This document shows positions 38,955-49,179 of a DNA stretch of 64,000 nt, piece after piece. The first letter of the stretch is position 1. Each line of letters starts with the position of its first letter. The stretch is taken from contig JBEAQS010000098.1 of the NCBI GenBank assembly GCA_041163765.1, forward strand, positions 2,255 to 66,254, in the 5' to 3' direction. The translations under genes were made by a program, and so were the position numbers. The notes below the pieces were generated by a model. It ran no database searches. It was not told the origin of the DNA and saw nothing but the letters and a program-made list of their open reading frames with translations. The stretch is from Bacteroidota bacterium (GTDB taxonomy: Bacteria; Bacteroidota; Bacteroidia; Flavobacteriales; Flavobacteriaceae).

Positions 38955-38980
38955 CGTTCTGCTTGATTAGGTATGGGTAA

Positions 38981-39202
38981 TTATTTGCCTGCTTCTTTTA
39001 AAACAGCTGCGATACCTTTTTTGTTAATTGTCTTCAAAGCTTTAGCGGACACTTTCAAAGTGATCCAACGATCTTCTTCAGGAATGTAAAAACGCTTTTT
39101 AGATAGGTTTACTTCAAACCTTCTTTTGGTTTTATTGATCGAGAAGGATACGTTGTTACCAACCATCGCTTTCTTACCAGTAATTTCGCACACTTTAGAC
39201 AT
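38981..39202 (-). CDS. rpmB: 50S ribosomal protein L28
   Basis: 73 aa: MSKVCEITGKK.MVGNNVS.S..KTKRRF. Confidence 0.95.
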   Translation of the reverse strand: MSKVCEITGKKAMVGNNVSFSINKTKRRFEVNLSKKRFYIPEEDRWITLKVSAKALKTINKKGIAAVLKEAGK

Positions 39203-39234
39203 GACGCTCGCTATTGAGTTATTTTAACAGGCTG

Positions 39235-39264
39235 CAAATTTATATTATTTTTTTGGGGCTGCAA
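39235..39264 (-). promoter_or_regulatory. consensus Bacteroidetes promoter for rpmB-rpmG-DUF4295
   Basis: Minus strand TTG (39264-39262), exactly N19, then TAAATTTG (39242-39235). Both elements sit in the same 9-mer, TTTGCAGCC. Confidence 0.55.
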
Positions 39265-39274
39265 AATTCTTTTT

Positions 39275-40522
39275 CTACAATTTTAGCAATTCAGCATACA
39301 ATAAGGTCAATGCCTTGTTGATACTCTTCTCTACGATGCGTTCTCTGTGGTTACCCATTTCGTGACGTTCCACCCAAACCCGCTCAGGAGTCGCTATTCC
39401 GAGGTAAACCACACCTACCTCCTCCGTGGAATCACCCACACTAGGTCCCGCATTACCCGTTGTAGAAATAGCGTATTGGGCACCAAAGTTCCGCTGTGCA
39501 CCCACTGCCATAGACTCCGCCACCTGTGTACTCACCGAGGTGTAGGCAACTAGGTCACTGACAGGCACCTGCAGAATAGCCGATTTAGCTTCTGCTGCAT
39601 AAACCACTGCACTCCCCCTAAAATAGGCAGAAGCACCGGGCATTTGGGTAAATCGAGCGGCCAAAGCACCGCCCGTAAAACTTTCCGCCAAGGCCAGTGA
39701 TCCGCCGATTTGGGTCAATTTTTCAGCGATTAATGCCTCCACAGGACGATCGTGTTCTGCCGAATAGGATAAATGCTGAATCAAGGGATACAAGCCTTGT
39801 AACGCCTCTTCCATCATTTGATTGAGGACGCGCTGATCGGGATGAGTCCCTGAAATACGCAAGCGAACTTTACCTAAATTGGGCAAATATGCCAATTTGA
39901 GCGCTTTAGGCAATGATGCCTCCCAATCTTCAATCAATGCAGCTACGGCCGATTCGCCTAAACCATAAGTAATAATGGTTTTGTGGGCGATAAAGGGGCG
40001 TTTAAATCGCGTGGTAAGCCTAGGTATTAATTGGTCGGTCACCATACTTTTCATTTCAAAAGGGACTCCTGGCATAGCCACAACCACTCCTCGTTCGTTT
40101 TCCATCCACATTCCCGCTGCTGTTCCGTAGGGATTAGCCAACAATTCTGCTGTAGCAGGAAGCATGGCTTGGGTATAATTCATGGCGTTTATCGGCGTGG
40201 AAATGTATTTGGCAAATAACTCCTTCACATGCGTCATCCAAGCTGAATTTTCGACCAATACCGTATCAAAATAACGACAAAATGCTTCTTTGGTGATGTC
40301 GTCTTTGGTCGGGCCTAATCCACCAGTAGTAATGACCAAATCAGCTCGGGATTGTGCCTGGGAAAGCCCGTCAACAATAGCTGTCAAGCGATCGGGAATT
40401 GAAGTGATCTGAACTACTTCAACACCGATTTTTTGGAGTTCTTGGGCAATAAATGCTGAATTAGTATCCACTACTTGACCGATGAGTAGCTCATCCCCAA
40501 TAGTCATCAATTCCGCTTTCAT
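39275..40522 (-). CDS. cinA: competence/damage-inducible protein CinA (MoCF-binding plus nicotinamide-nucleotide amidase domains)
   Basis: N-terminus IGDELL.GQ..DTN, TGGLGPT.DD, and a C-terminal PncC-like ESFTGG...ST(T)GNAGP. Confidence 0.85.
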   Translation of the reverse strand: MKAELMTIGDELLIGQVVDTNSAFIAQELQKIGVEVVQITSIPDRLTAIVDGLSQAQSRADLVITTGGLGPTKDDITKEAFCRYFDTVLVENSAWMTHVKELFAKYISTPINAMNYTQAMLPATAELLANPYGTAAGMWMENERGVVVAMPGVPFEMKSMVTDQLIPRLTTRFKRPFIAHKTIITYGLGESAVAALIEDWEASLPKALKLAYLPNLGKVRLRISGTHPDQRVLNQMMEEALQGLYPLIQHLSYSAEHDRPVEALIAEKLTQIGGSLALAESFTGGALAARFTQMPGASAYFRGSAVVYAAEAKSAILQVPVSDLVAYTSVSTQVAESMAVGAQRNFGAQYAISTTGNAGPSVGDSTEEVGVVYLGIATPERVWVERHEMGNHRERIVEKSINKALTLLYAELLKL

Positions 40523-41133
40523 TACTGAACGTTTACCTTAAAGAATGACTCGGTTCCAATAAATCCTTCCAACACATCCCCTTCTTGAACCCTAGAGACA
40601 CCTGCTGGAGTTCCCGTAAATATAATATCCCCTTTTTTAAGGGTGAAGTATGTCGACACGTGAGCAATCAACTCATCGATTGACCATAGCATTAGGGCTG
40701 TGGAGGCTTGCTGTACCCATTGGCCGTTTTTTACCAAGCCAAATTGAAGTTGGTTGAGGTTTCCCAGGGTATTTTTATCTACCCACTGACCAATAACGGC
40801 AGCTCCATCAAATCCTTTGGCTTTTTCCCAAGGCAGACCTTTATCTTTTAGCTTCTGCTGAATGTCTCTGGCGGTAAAATCTATGCCTAAACCAACTTCA
40901 TCGTAATAGGTGTGTGCAAATTCCACGTCGATGTGCTTGCCAACTTTCTTGATTTTAACCAATACCTCCACTTCATGATGCACGTCGCTGGTGAAATTGG
41001 GTAGGTAAAAATCTTGTTCTTTAGGTAATATGGAGGAGTCTGGTTTAATAAACACTACCGGTTCGGCAGGCCGCTCATTGTTTAACTCCTCGATGTGGTC
41101 CACATAATTACGGCCAATACAAATTAATTTCAT
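40522..41133 (-). CDS. fumarylacetoacetate hydrolase family protein
   Basis: 203 aa with IICIGRNY..H..E, E.EL and GTP.GV motifs of the FAH fold. Confidence 0.85.
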   Translation of the reverse strand: MKLICIGRNYVDHIEELNNERPAEPVVFIKPDSSILPKEQDFYLPNFTSDVHHEVEVLVKIKKVGKHIDVEFAHTYYDEVGLGIDFTARDIQQKLKDKGLPWEKAKGFDGAAVIGQWVDKNTLGNLNQLQFGLVKNGQWVQQASTALMLWSIDELIAHVSTYFTLKKGDIIFTGTPAGVSRVQEGDVLEGFIGTESFFKVNVQ

Positions 41134-41138
41134 AGCGT

Positions 41139-41912
41139 TTAATTCGTTGTCTTTAGGGCAGATAGCCTGAGTTGAGTCAATACCTTTTTGGTGTAGAGCG
41201 GGAAATCAGCCTGCTGAATCCAACCGTAATACCCAGGTTCTTTTTCCAAAACTGTCAAAACAGCCTGTCCCTTGTGTTTTCCAAAAGTAAATATAGGGGT
41301 CCCGTGTTCATCCTCAGCGATAAACCCAGCGTAGTCCAAGATTTTTCGTCGCTCTGAAAATGACGCTAAGTGGGCAACCTCATTTTTTAACTCTGGATAT
41401 CTGTCTAACTGAGCTTTAAGTACTTCGTAGGTCGCCAGGGTATCCGCCTCCGCAGAATGCGCATCAACCAATGACTTATCGCAATAAAAACGATACGCGG
41501 CCTCCAGGGTTCTCTTCTCCATTTTGTGGAAGATGGTTTGTACATCGACGGACACCTTGTTTTTCATATCAAAGTCAACCCCTGCCCGCAACATTTCTTC
41601 CGCCAACATAGGAATATCAAATCGATCTGAATTAAATCCAGCTAGATCAGCATCCTTGATCAGTTGATAGATGTCTTTGGCGATTTCTTTGAATTTTGGG
41701 GCGTGCTGCACCTTTTCATCCGTTATTCCGTGTACTGCCGTGGCTTCACTAGGAATGGGCACCTCGGGATTGACCAACCACGTTTTTTTCTCCTGAAGTC
41801 CTTTCGGGTGTATTTTAAGGACAGAAATTTCTACAATTCTATCCTTGGCTACTTGAATACCCGTAGTTTCCAAGTCGAAAAAGCAAATGGGGCGTTTGAG
41901 GTTTAATTCCAT
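41139..41912 (-). CDS. DnaQ-like 3'-5' exonuclease with a C-terminal extension
   Basis: Exo I FFDLETTG, Exo II (HGITDE), Exo III (HSAEADT), plus an approximately 80-aa C-terminal FGKHKG...Y..W domain. Confidence 0.8.
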   Translation of the reverse strand: MELNLKRPICFFDLETTGIQVAKDRIVEISVLKIHPKGLQEKKTWLVNPEVPIPSEATAVHGITDEKVQHAPKFKEIAKDIYQLIKDADLAGFNSDRFDIPMLAEEMLRAGVDFDMKNKVSVDVQTIFHKMEKRTLEAAYRFYCDKSLVDAHSAEADTLATYEVLKAQLDRYPELKNEVAHLASFSERRKILDYAGFIAEDEHGTPIFTFGKHKGQAVLTVLEKEPGYYGWIQQADFPLYTKKVLTQLRLSALKTTN

Positions 41913-41913
41913 A

Positions 41914-43254
41914 TTACATCGTTCTGTTTACATCCCAATTTTCTAAATACTGCTTTACCTCAAAGGCAAACATACCGCCTAAGGCGCCATTGACCACGCG
42001 GTGGTCATAGCTGTGGGATAAAAACATTTTGGAACGGATTCCTATTAAATCTCCTTCGGGTGTTTCAATGACCGATGGTTCTTTTCTAATCGCACCTAAG
42101 GCTAATATACCTACTTGAGGCTGATTGATAATGGGGGTGCCAAAAATAGAACCAAACGATCCTACATTGGTCACTGTATACGTGCCATCCATCACCTCAT
42201 CCGGCTTCAGCTGGTTAGCTTTAGCTCGCTGGGCCAAATCATTCACTGCCTGGGCCATTCCCACCAAATTGAGGCGGTCCGCATTCTTAATCACAGGAAC
42301 GATCAGGTTACCATCGGGCAAAGCTGCCGCCATGCCCAAGTTGATGTTCTTTTTAACGATGATGTCCTCTCCATCGACTGAAATGTTCATCATCGGATAT
42401 TTTTTAAGCGCATGCGCCACTGCTTCCATAAAAATAGGAGTAAACGTCAACTTTTCCCCTTCCCTTTGCTCAAAGGCAGTTTTTACTTTAGCGCGCCAAT
42501 TAACTACGCGCGTAACATCCACCTCCACAAAACTCTGAACATGTGCTGAGATCTGTACCGATTTAACCATGTGTTGGGCGACTAATTTGCCCATGCGACT
42601 CATGGGGATACGCTCTTGTCCAGCAGCTAAAACCATCGGCTCCACGGGTGTTGGTGCAACGCTAGCAGGTGCGGACTTGGGCTCTTGAACTACCGCAGCA
42701 GGGGCCGTGGACCCTTTTTTCTGAGCGATGTATTCCATCAAATCAGCCTTAGTCAATCTTCCACCGGCACCTGTTCCTGACACCCCAGATAACTCATCTA
42801 GGGAGATGTTCTCTTGTTTGGCAATGTTTCTGACCAGGGGAGAATAAAATCGATCACCCGATGTTGAGGAACCGGGGCGCTCGCTCATCGATGTGGCCAA
42901 TGGAGCCATTGCTCTGTCCATCGCTTCGCTGTTTACCGGTGACAAGTCCTTGTTTTCCAGGTTTTTGGATCCTGTGGTTGTCGACTCAACCGAGGGAACT
43001 ATGCTGCTTGAATCATCTGTCTCAATTATCGCCAATACAGCGCCCACCGGAGCGACTTGATCCACCTCAAAGAATCGTTCTAATAAGACACCGCTTACCT
43101 CACTAGGCACTTCGGAATCGACTTTATCGGTGGCAATTTCCACTACCGCCTCATCGACTGATATGAGATCACCTACTTGTTTTAACCACCCAGTAATGGT
43201 GGCCTCTGCAACGCTCTCCCCCATTTTGGGCAAACGCAATTCAAACTTAGCCAT
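41914..43254 (-). CDS. 2-oxo acid dehydrogenase E2 component (dihydrolipoamide acyltransferase)
   Basis: Lipoyl domain (EIATDKVDSEVPS), peripheral subunit-binding domain (SPLVRNIAKQENI) and a catalytic DHRVVNGA motif. Confidence 0.9.
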   Translation of the reverse strand: MAKFELRLPKMGESVAEATITGWLKQVGDLISVDEAVVEIATDKVDSEVPSEVSGVLLERFFEVDQVAPVGAVLAIIETDDSSSIVPSVESTTTGSKNLENKDLSPVNSEAMDRAMAPLATSMSERPGSSTSGDRFYSPLVRNIAKQENISLDELSGVSGTGAGGRLTKADLMEYIAQKKGSTAPAAVVQEPKSAPASVAPTPVEPMVLAAGQERIPMSRMGKLVAQHMVKSVQISAHVQSFVEVDVTRVVNWRAKVKTAFEQREGEKLTFTPIFMEAVAHALKKYPMMNISVDGEDIIVKKNINLGMAAALPDGNLIVPVIKNADRLNLVGMAQAVNDLAQRAKANQLKPDEVMDGTYTVTNVGSFGSIFGTPIINQPQVGILALGAIRKEPSVIETPEGDLIGIRSKMFLSHSYDHRVVNGALGGMFAFEVKQYLENWDVNRTM

Positions 43255-43328
43255 AGATTCAGTTTCAAGACATAAAGTAACAAAAAATGCAGGACAACAA
43301 ACGACAAACTGGTTGTTGAATGTTTCCG

Positions 43329-43946
43329 TTAGGATTTAAGGGCCAACTCAAACGGAATACGCTGTACGATACTTCTGCCCAAGGTCACCTCATCCGCGTA
43401 GGCCAATTCGTCTCCAACAGATATTCCTCGAGCAATAGTGGATGTTTTGATTCCTAAGCCCTCGATTTGTCTAAAGATATAGAAGTTGGTTGTATCGCCC
43501 TCCATGGTGGAACTCAGCGCAAAAATAAGCTCCGTAATACTCCCCGATTTAGCTTTATCCACCAAAGCACCAATAGTTAGGTCTTGAGGACCTATGCCTT
43601 CCATCGGTGATATCTTACCGCCCAAAACATGGTACAAGCCTCCGTATTGTCCCGTAGCCTCGATGGCCATCACGTCGCGCACATCCTCCACCACCATGAC
43701 CAATCCTCGATCTCTTTTTGGACTCGTGCAAAGCGCACATACCTCCTGATCAGACATATTGTGACACTCACTGCAATACTTGATATTAGTTCTCAAGTCA
43801 GTTAACGCTTGTGCGAGTTGTTGGGTCTGAACACTGGGTCTTTTGAGCAGGTGTAATACCAGACGCAGGGCCGTTCTTTTACCAATTCCTGGCAACTGAG
43901 CGACTTCATCTACGGCGCGTTCTAACCATTTTGAAGGCAAATCCAT
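43329..43946 (-). CDS. recR: recombination protein RecR
   Basis: HhH ([11 protein letters not shown]), zinf finger C4 (C.EC....D..C.LC), Toprim (VVE...D..A). Confidence 0.95.
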   Translation of the reverse strand: MDLPSKWLERAVDEVAQLPGIGKRTALRLVLHLLKRPSVQTQQLAQALTDLRTNIKYCSECHNMSDQEVCALCTSPKRDRGLVMVVEDVRDVMAIEATGQYGGLYHVLGGKISPMEGIGPQDLTIGALVDKAKSGSITELIFALSSTMEGDTTNFYIFRQIEGLGIKTSTIARGISVGDELAYADEVTLGRSIVQRIPFELALKS

Positions 43947-43950
43947 GTGG

Positions 43951-43958
43951 CAAAATTA
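43951..43958 (-). promoter_or_regulatory. -7 promoter box (TAATTTTG) 4 nt upstream of the recR ATG
   Basis: The minus strand reads TAATTTTG-CCAC-ATG. Confidence 0.4.
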
Positions 43959-44011
43959 CAACTTTCCATAGATGTATTTGTTTTTGTACTTTTCAATTTC
44001 AAAACCAATCC

Positions 44012-45481
44012 ATGAGCCCTACATTAATTACGGTTGTTATCGCGCTTTATTTTTTAGTATTGATGGGGATCTCCCTGTTCACCTCAAAAAACGACACCAA
44101 CAGTGACTTTTTTTCCGCCAGTAAAAATTCTCCCTGGTACCTAGTAGCTTTCGGCATGGTAGGCGCCTCGCTCTCTGGGGTGACCTTTATATCGGTACCC
44201 GGATGGGTTGGCGGCACACAGTTCAGTTATTTACAAGTCGTTTTTGGCTATCTACTGGGGTACTTGGTTGTTGCCTTCGTATTGCTTCCCATATACTACC
44301 GACTCAATGTGGTGTCTATATATACCTACCTGGATCAGCGTTTTGGTACATCGGCCTATAAAACAGGTGCCTTCTTTTTCTTGCTGTCTCGGGTACTTGG
44401 CGCTTCATTCCGGTTGTTTTTAGTGGCTACCGTGTTGCAACAATTCGTATTCGACTATTGGAATTTTCCTTTTGAAGGAACGGTAATTCTCTCAGTCCTA
44501 TTTATTTGGGCCTACACCTATAGAGGAGGAATAAAAACCATTGTATGGACCGATAGCCTTCAAACAGGGATGATGTTATTTTCAGTCGTAGCTGCAGTGA
44601 TTTTAATCACCCAATCTCTTGAGCTTAGTATTTGGGGGATTTGGGAATCTCCCGAGGTAAATTCCTTGAGTCAACTATGGGTCACCGATGATCCATTGCG
44701 CAAAGATTATTGGTTAAAATCCGTGTTGGGCGGAGCATTTATCACTATAGCCATGACCGGTTTGGATCAAGACATGATGCAAAAAAACCTCAGCTGTAGG
44801 AATTTAAAAGATGCGCAAAAGAACATGATTTCCATGAGTGTCGTTTTGGTTTTGGTCAATGTGTTATTCCTTGTCCTAGGCGCCTTGTTGTTTGCCTACA
44901 GCGCAAAATTTCAGATAGAGATCCCTGTGGTTGATGGAACAACCAAAACCGATCTGCTATTTCCAGAAATCGCCTTAAATGGTGGATGGGGACTGTTGAT
45001 GGGAGTGCCCTTTATTTTGGGGCTGATTGCCGCTGCGTACAGCAGTGCAGACTCTGCGCTAACCGCGCTGACCACCTCGTTTTGCATCGATTTTATTTCG
45101 ATGGAGGGCAGGACGGAATCGGCGCAAAAAAAACTGAGAAAACAGACCCACATCGGGATGAGTTTATTGCTTATTGGGGTAATCATCAGCTTTAAATATC
45201 TGCTGGAAAAAAATACGATCGATGGGTTACTCACCGTAGCCACCTATACGTATGGACCCCTTTTGGGCTTATTTGCCTTTGGGATATTAACCGCTTACAA
45301 GGTGCGCTCTTCCGGGGTTTGGTGGGTAGCTGGCATCAGTTTGGCACTGGCTTTTATCCTAGGTAACATACCAGCAGAATCTCTAGGGGGATATCAATTA
45401 GGCTATGAGTTATTACCCATTAATGGGGCCATTACCTTTTTGGGACTTTGGTTGATTCGTTTACCATCGGATAAGCGCTGA
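44012..45481 (+). CDS. sodium:solute symporter family transporter
   Basis: About 13 TM helices and an SSF-like N-terminus (..FFSASKNSPWYLVAFGMVGASLSGVTFISVPG). Start moved to the ATG at 44012, because the longer ORF overlaps the recR start. Confidence 0.8.
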   Translation: MSPTLITVVIALYFLVLMGISLFTSKNDTNSDFFSASKNSPWYLVAFGMVGASLSGVTFISVPGWVGGTQFSYLQVVFGYLLGYLVVAFVLLPIYYRLNVVSIYTYLDQRFGTSAYKTGAFFFLLSRVLGASFRLFLVATVLQQFVFDYWNFPFEGTVILSVLFIWAYTYRGGIKTIVWTDSLQTGMMLFSVVAAVILITQSLELSIWGIWESPEVNSLSQLWVTDDPLRKDYWLKSVLGGAFITIAMTGLDQDMMQKNLSCRNLKDAQKNMISMSVVLVLVNVLFLVLGALLFAYSAKFQIEIPVVDGTTKTDLLFPEIALNGGWGLLMGVPFILGLIAAAYSSADSALTALTTSFCIDFISMEGRTESAQKKLRKQTHIGMSLLLIGVIISFKYLLEKNTIDGLLTVATYTYGPLLGLFAFGILTAYKVRSSGVWWVAGISLALAFILGNIPAESLGGYQLGYELLPINGAITFLGLWLIRLPSDKR

Positions 45482-46471
45482 TCCCCAGGTAAATCCACTG
45501 CCAAAAGCAGCCAAAACCACTAAATCACCTTCCTTGATTTTGCCTTTTTGATGCGCCTCTGCTAAAGCTATTGGAATAGAGGCGGCTGTCGTGTTTCCGT
45601 ATTCCATGATGTTGTTGTACACCTGATCATCGGAGAGTTGAAACTTCTTTTGAATAAACTGAGCAATGCGCAAGTTGGCCTGATGAGGGATTAACAAATC
45701 GATAGCTGACTGGCTTAAATCATTGGCGGCCAAAGCTTCGCGAATTACTTCCTCAAACCTTACCACGGCGTTTTTAAATACCAGTTGCCCGTTCATGTAC
45801 GGGAAGTAAGACTCATCTAAAGGATTGTTATCGGCCAATATATCCGTAACCCATCGTTGCCCCATTCCTGGCGCGATCACAGAAAGTTCTTTAGCCCATG
45901 AACCTTCCGCGTGTAAATGAGTAGAAAGTATCCCAAAACCAGGACGATCGTCTCTGGATAGCACCACAGCACCTGCCCCATCACCAAAAATAACAGACAC
46001 ATTGCGCCCTCTAGTGGTCATGTCCAGACCTTTTGACTGCAACTCAGCACCGACGACCAAAATATTTTGGTACATCCCTGTTTTGATAAATTGGTCAGCC
46101 ACCGATAACGCATAGATAAATCCAGAACACTGGTTGCGCACATCCAGTGCCCCAACGGTCTCTAAACCCAAAGCTTCTTGCAAGGTAACTCCAGGGCCTG
46201 GGAAATAATAATCCGGACTTAGGGTCGCAAAGACGACAAAATCGATATCGGAAGCAGATTTGCCCGCGTCGGCCATGGCCATTCTAGCCGCTTTTACACC
46301 CATTCCTGAAGTGGTTTCCCCATCTTTAGGATCCACGTGCCTTCTTCGCTGAATTCCAGTTCTCTCTTGAATCCACTCATCACTGGTATCCATGATTTTA
46401 GCTAGATCATGATTGGTGACAATACGCTCAGGTACATAATACCCAACTCCAGAAATACGTGAATGAAACAT
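45461..46471 (-). CDS. fabH: 3-oxoacyl-ACP synthase III (FabH)
   Basis: Active-site Cys (QCSGFIYAL), HQANLRI and GNTTAASIP motifs. Start set to the ATG at 46471 (MFHSRISGVGYYVP), leaving a 124-nt divergent region with htpG. Confidence 0.85.
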   Translation of the reverse strand: MFHSRISGVGYYVPERIVTNHDLAKIMDTSDEWIQERTGIQRRRHVDPKDGETTSGMGVKAARMAMADAGKSASDIDFVVFATLSPDYYFPGPGVTLQEALGLETVGALDVRNQCSGFIYALSVADQFIKTGMYQNILVVGAELQSKGLDMTTRGRNVSVIFGDGAGAVVLSRDDRPGFGILSTHLHAEGSWAKELSVIAPGMGQRWVTDILADNNPLDESYFPYMNGQLVFKNAVVRFEEVIREALAANDLSQSAIDLLIPHQANLRIAQFIQKKFQLSDDQVYNNIMEYGNTTAASIPIALAEAHQKGKIKEGDLVVLAAFGSGFTWGSALIRW

Positions 46472-46595
46472 AGAAATCAATTTATCCCCTAAAATAGGAA
46501 AAATTGGGTAGAACGTAACGCTGTCATTTTGGCAGAAATTTTGGGTTGGCATCTGATTTGCCTAGGTAAAGGCAGAACAAAAAAATAGTATATCC

Positions 46596-48482
46596 ATGAC
46601 ACAAGGTAAAATCAATGTTTCTGTAGAAAACATTTTTCCACTGATCAAAAAATTCTTGTACAGCGACCATGAAATTTTCTTGAGAGAATTGGTCTCCAAC
46701 GCAACAGATGCTACCACTAAGTTAAAACACTTAACATCGATTGGAGAAATCAAGGTGGATTTGGGCGACCCGAAAATCGAAATCAAAATCGACAAAAAGA
46801 AAAAACGCCTACATATCATTGATCAAGGTTTGGGTATGACCCAAGAAGAGGTTCAGAAATACATCAACGAAGTAGCCTTCTCAGGTGCTGAGGAGTTTAT
46901 GAACACCTACAAAGACTCCGCTAAGGACGCGGGAATCATTGGCCACTTTGGTTTGGGGTTCTATTCAGCCTTTATGGTCGCTGAAAAAGTTGAAATTATC
47001 ACCAAAAGCTACAAAGATGAGCCAGCAGCTCATTGGACCTGTGACGGCTCACCAGAATTTACCCTGACAGCACACGACAAAAAGGAACGGGGAACGGAAA
47101 TTATTTTGCATATCGCCAAAGACTCCACAGAGTTTTTAGAGGAATCCAGAATCCGCGAACTGTTGACCAAGTACAATAAATTCATGCCGGTACCCATTAT
47201 TTTTGGTACTAAAACAGAAACACTTCCCAAACCAGAGGGGGCAGATGAAAAAGATCCTGCACCAACCGTTGAAGTTCCCAATGTGATCAACAACCCACAT
47301 CCGGCTTGGACCAAACAGCCCGCCGAACTCAAAGAGGAAGATTACAAGGCTTTTTACAGAGAGCTCTATCCTATGCAGTTTGAAGAGCCGTTGTTCCACA
47401 TCCACCTCAACGTGGATTATCCGTTCAACCTCACCGGAATCCTTTTCTTCCCGAAACTAAAAGGGGACCTAAACCTTCAAAAAGATAAAATCCAACTATA
47501 TCAAAATCAGGTATACGTGACCGATCACGTAGAAGGTATTGTTCCTGAATTTTTGACGATGCTTCGCGGGGTGATCGATTCTCCTGATATTCCGCTGAAT
47601 GTATCCAGATCCTACCTCCAGGCTGATGGCGCTGTGAAAAAAATATCCAGCTACATCACCAAAAAAGTAGCTGACAAGTTGAGTAGTTTGTTTAAAAATG
47701 ATCGAGCGGATTTTGAGTCAAAATGGAATGACATTAAAATTGTGATCGAATACGGAATGCTCTCTGAAGAAAAATTCATGGAGAAGGCCGATGGATTTGC
47801 CTTGTATCCAACTGTTGACGGTCAATTCTACACTTGGGCGGAACTCGAAGAAAAACTCAAACCCAATCAAACGGATAAGGACGGGACATTTGTCTTGCTA
47901 TACGCGTCTGATCAAGATGCGCAACACAGTTACCTACAAGCTGCCAAAGAAAAAGGTTACGAAGTGTTGTTGCTCGACTCGCCCATCGTGGCTCACTTGA
48001 TGCAAAAACTAGAAACTACCAAGGAAAAAGTTCACTTTGCGCGCATAGACACTGATCCTATCGATAAACTGATCAAAAAGTCAGACGACACCATTTCAAA
48101 ATTGTCCGACGAGCAAAAAGACACCTTGAAATCCAAAATTGAGGCCGTGGTTGCTTCTAAGGAATACACCGTACAAATGGAAGCTATGGACAGCAGTGCC
48201 GCTCCATTTATGATTACAGAGCCGGAGTTTATGCGCCGTATGAAAGAGATGCAACAAACCGGTGGTGGAGGTATGTTTGGCATGGGCAATATGCCGGATA
48301 TGTATCAGTTGGTGGTCAATACAAATCACCCATTGATCACAGAAATTTTAGAAGCAAAAACCGATAAAAAACAAGAGAAATTAATCGCTCAGTCGATTGA
48401 CTTGGCCAAACTCTCTAAAGGGTTACTTAAAGGGGCTGCTTTGACCGACTTTATACAACGAAGCTATTCGTTGATCAAATAA
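46596..48482 (+). CDS. htpG: molecular chaperone HtpG (Hsp90)
   Basis: 628 aa with LYS..EIFLRELVSNA.DA and GHFGLGFYSAFMVA ATPase motifs. Confidence 0.95.
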   Translation: MTQGKINVSVENIFPLIKKFLYSDHEIFLRELVSNATDATTKLKHLTSIGEIKVDLGDPKIEIKIDKKKKRLHIIDQGLGMTQEEVQKYINEVAFSGAEEFMNTYKDSAKDAGIIGHFGLGFYSAFMVAEKVEIITKSYKDEPAAHWTCDGSPEFTLTAHDKKERGTEIILHIAKDSTEFLEESRIRELLTKYNKFMPVPIIFGTKTETLPKPEGADEKDPAPTVEVPNVINNPHPAWTKQPAELKEEDYKAFYRELYPMQFEEPLFHIHLNVDYPFNLTGILFFPKLKGDLNLQKDKIQLYQNQVYVTDHVEGIVPEFLTMLRGVIDSPDIPLNVSRSYLQADGAVKKISSYITKKVADKLSSLFKNDRADFESKWNDIKIVIEYGMLSEEKFMEKADGFALYPTVDGQFYTWAELEEKLKPNQTDKDGTFVLLYASDQDAQHSYLQAAKEKGYEVLLLDSPIVAHLMQKLETTKEKVHFARIDTDPIDKLIKKSDDTISKLSDEQKDTLKSKIEAVVASKEYTVQMEAMDSSAAPFMITEPEFMRRMKEMQQTGGGGMFGMGNMPDMYQLVVNTNHPLITEILEAKTDKKQEKLIAQSIDLAKLSKGLLKGAALTDFIQRSYSLIK

Positions 48483-48507
48483 TGTCAGCTACGCATCATT
48501 GATGAAT

Positions 48508-48540
48508 ATTCGGGGGCCTAGGGCCCCCGAATTATTTTTT
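48508..48540. terminator. bidirectional intrinsic terminator (htpG / response regulator)
   Basis: ATTCGGGGGCC-TAG-GGCCCCCGAAT, an 11-bp stem followed by TATTTTTT. Overlaps the regulator gene's stop codon. Confidence 0.7.
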
Positions 48541-49170
48541 AAACTTTTTTATAAACGTCTGACGGTTGTGCACCTGTAGTTTTTGATACATGTTTCTCAA
48601 GTGAAACTTCACAAGTCCAGCGCTGATGTTCATTTCATCGACAATCTCTTGGGTAGTTCGCCCCAAAACCACCCACTGGGCCACTGTCTTTTCCTGCTCA
48701 CTCAAGCTCTGAACGTCTGGCGTGTGTACTTTTCCCTGACCAAAAAATTCCATCACCTTTCGGGCTATCTGTGGTCCCATAACTGCACCTCCTCGGGCAA
48801 TTTCACGAATGGCCTCCCCCAACTGACTTAAATCATCTTGTTTGAGCATATACCCTACAGCGCCCGCCTTCAAGGCGTCAAAAAGATACTGGTCGTTTTC
48901 AAAAACAGTATACATCATCACTTCGATTTTGGGGTATTTCTGCTTGATCAACCAACACGCCTCCACGCCATTAATATGAGGTAAGCCAATATCGCAAATC
49001 ACCAGTTGGATGCGATTAAAATCTGCGTTGAGGAATAAATCTTCCGCGTCATATGCGGCATAAATCAATGCTACATCATCTTGCCGGTTAAAATATTCCA
49101 CCAACACTTCTCGGATATCGGTCGTATCCTCTAAAATGGCCAATCCGATGAGTTTGTCTTTCTTTTGCAT
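48532..49170 (-). CDS. response regulator transcription factor (NarL/LuxR family)
   Basis: REC domain (phospho-acceptor D in VICDIGLP, K in ..GYMLK) plus a C-terminal LuxR-type HTH (LSEQE..V...V.G.T..EI). Confidence 0.85.
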   Translation of the reverse strand: MQKKDKLIGLAILEDTTDIREVLVEYFNRQDDVALIYAAYDAEDLFLNADFNRIQLVICDIGLPHINGVEACWLIKQKYPKIEVMMYTVFENDQYLFDALKAGAVGYMLKQDDLSQLGEAIREIARGGAVMGPQIARKVMEFFGQGKVHTPDVQSLSEQEKTVAQWVVLGRTTQEIVDEMNISAGLVKFHLRNMYQKLQVHNRQTFIKKFKK

Positions 49171-49179
49171 GACTCAAAT

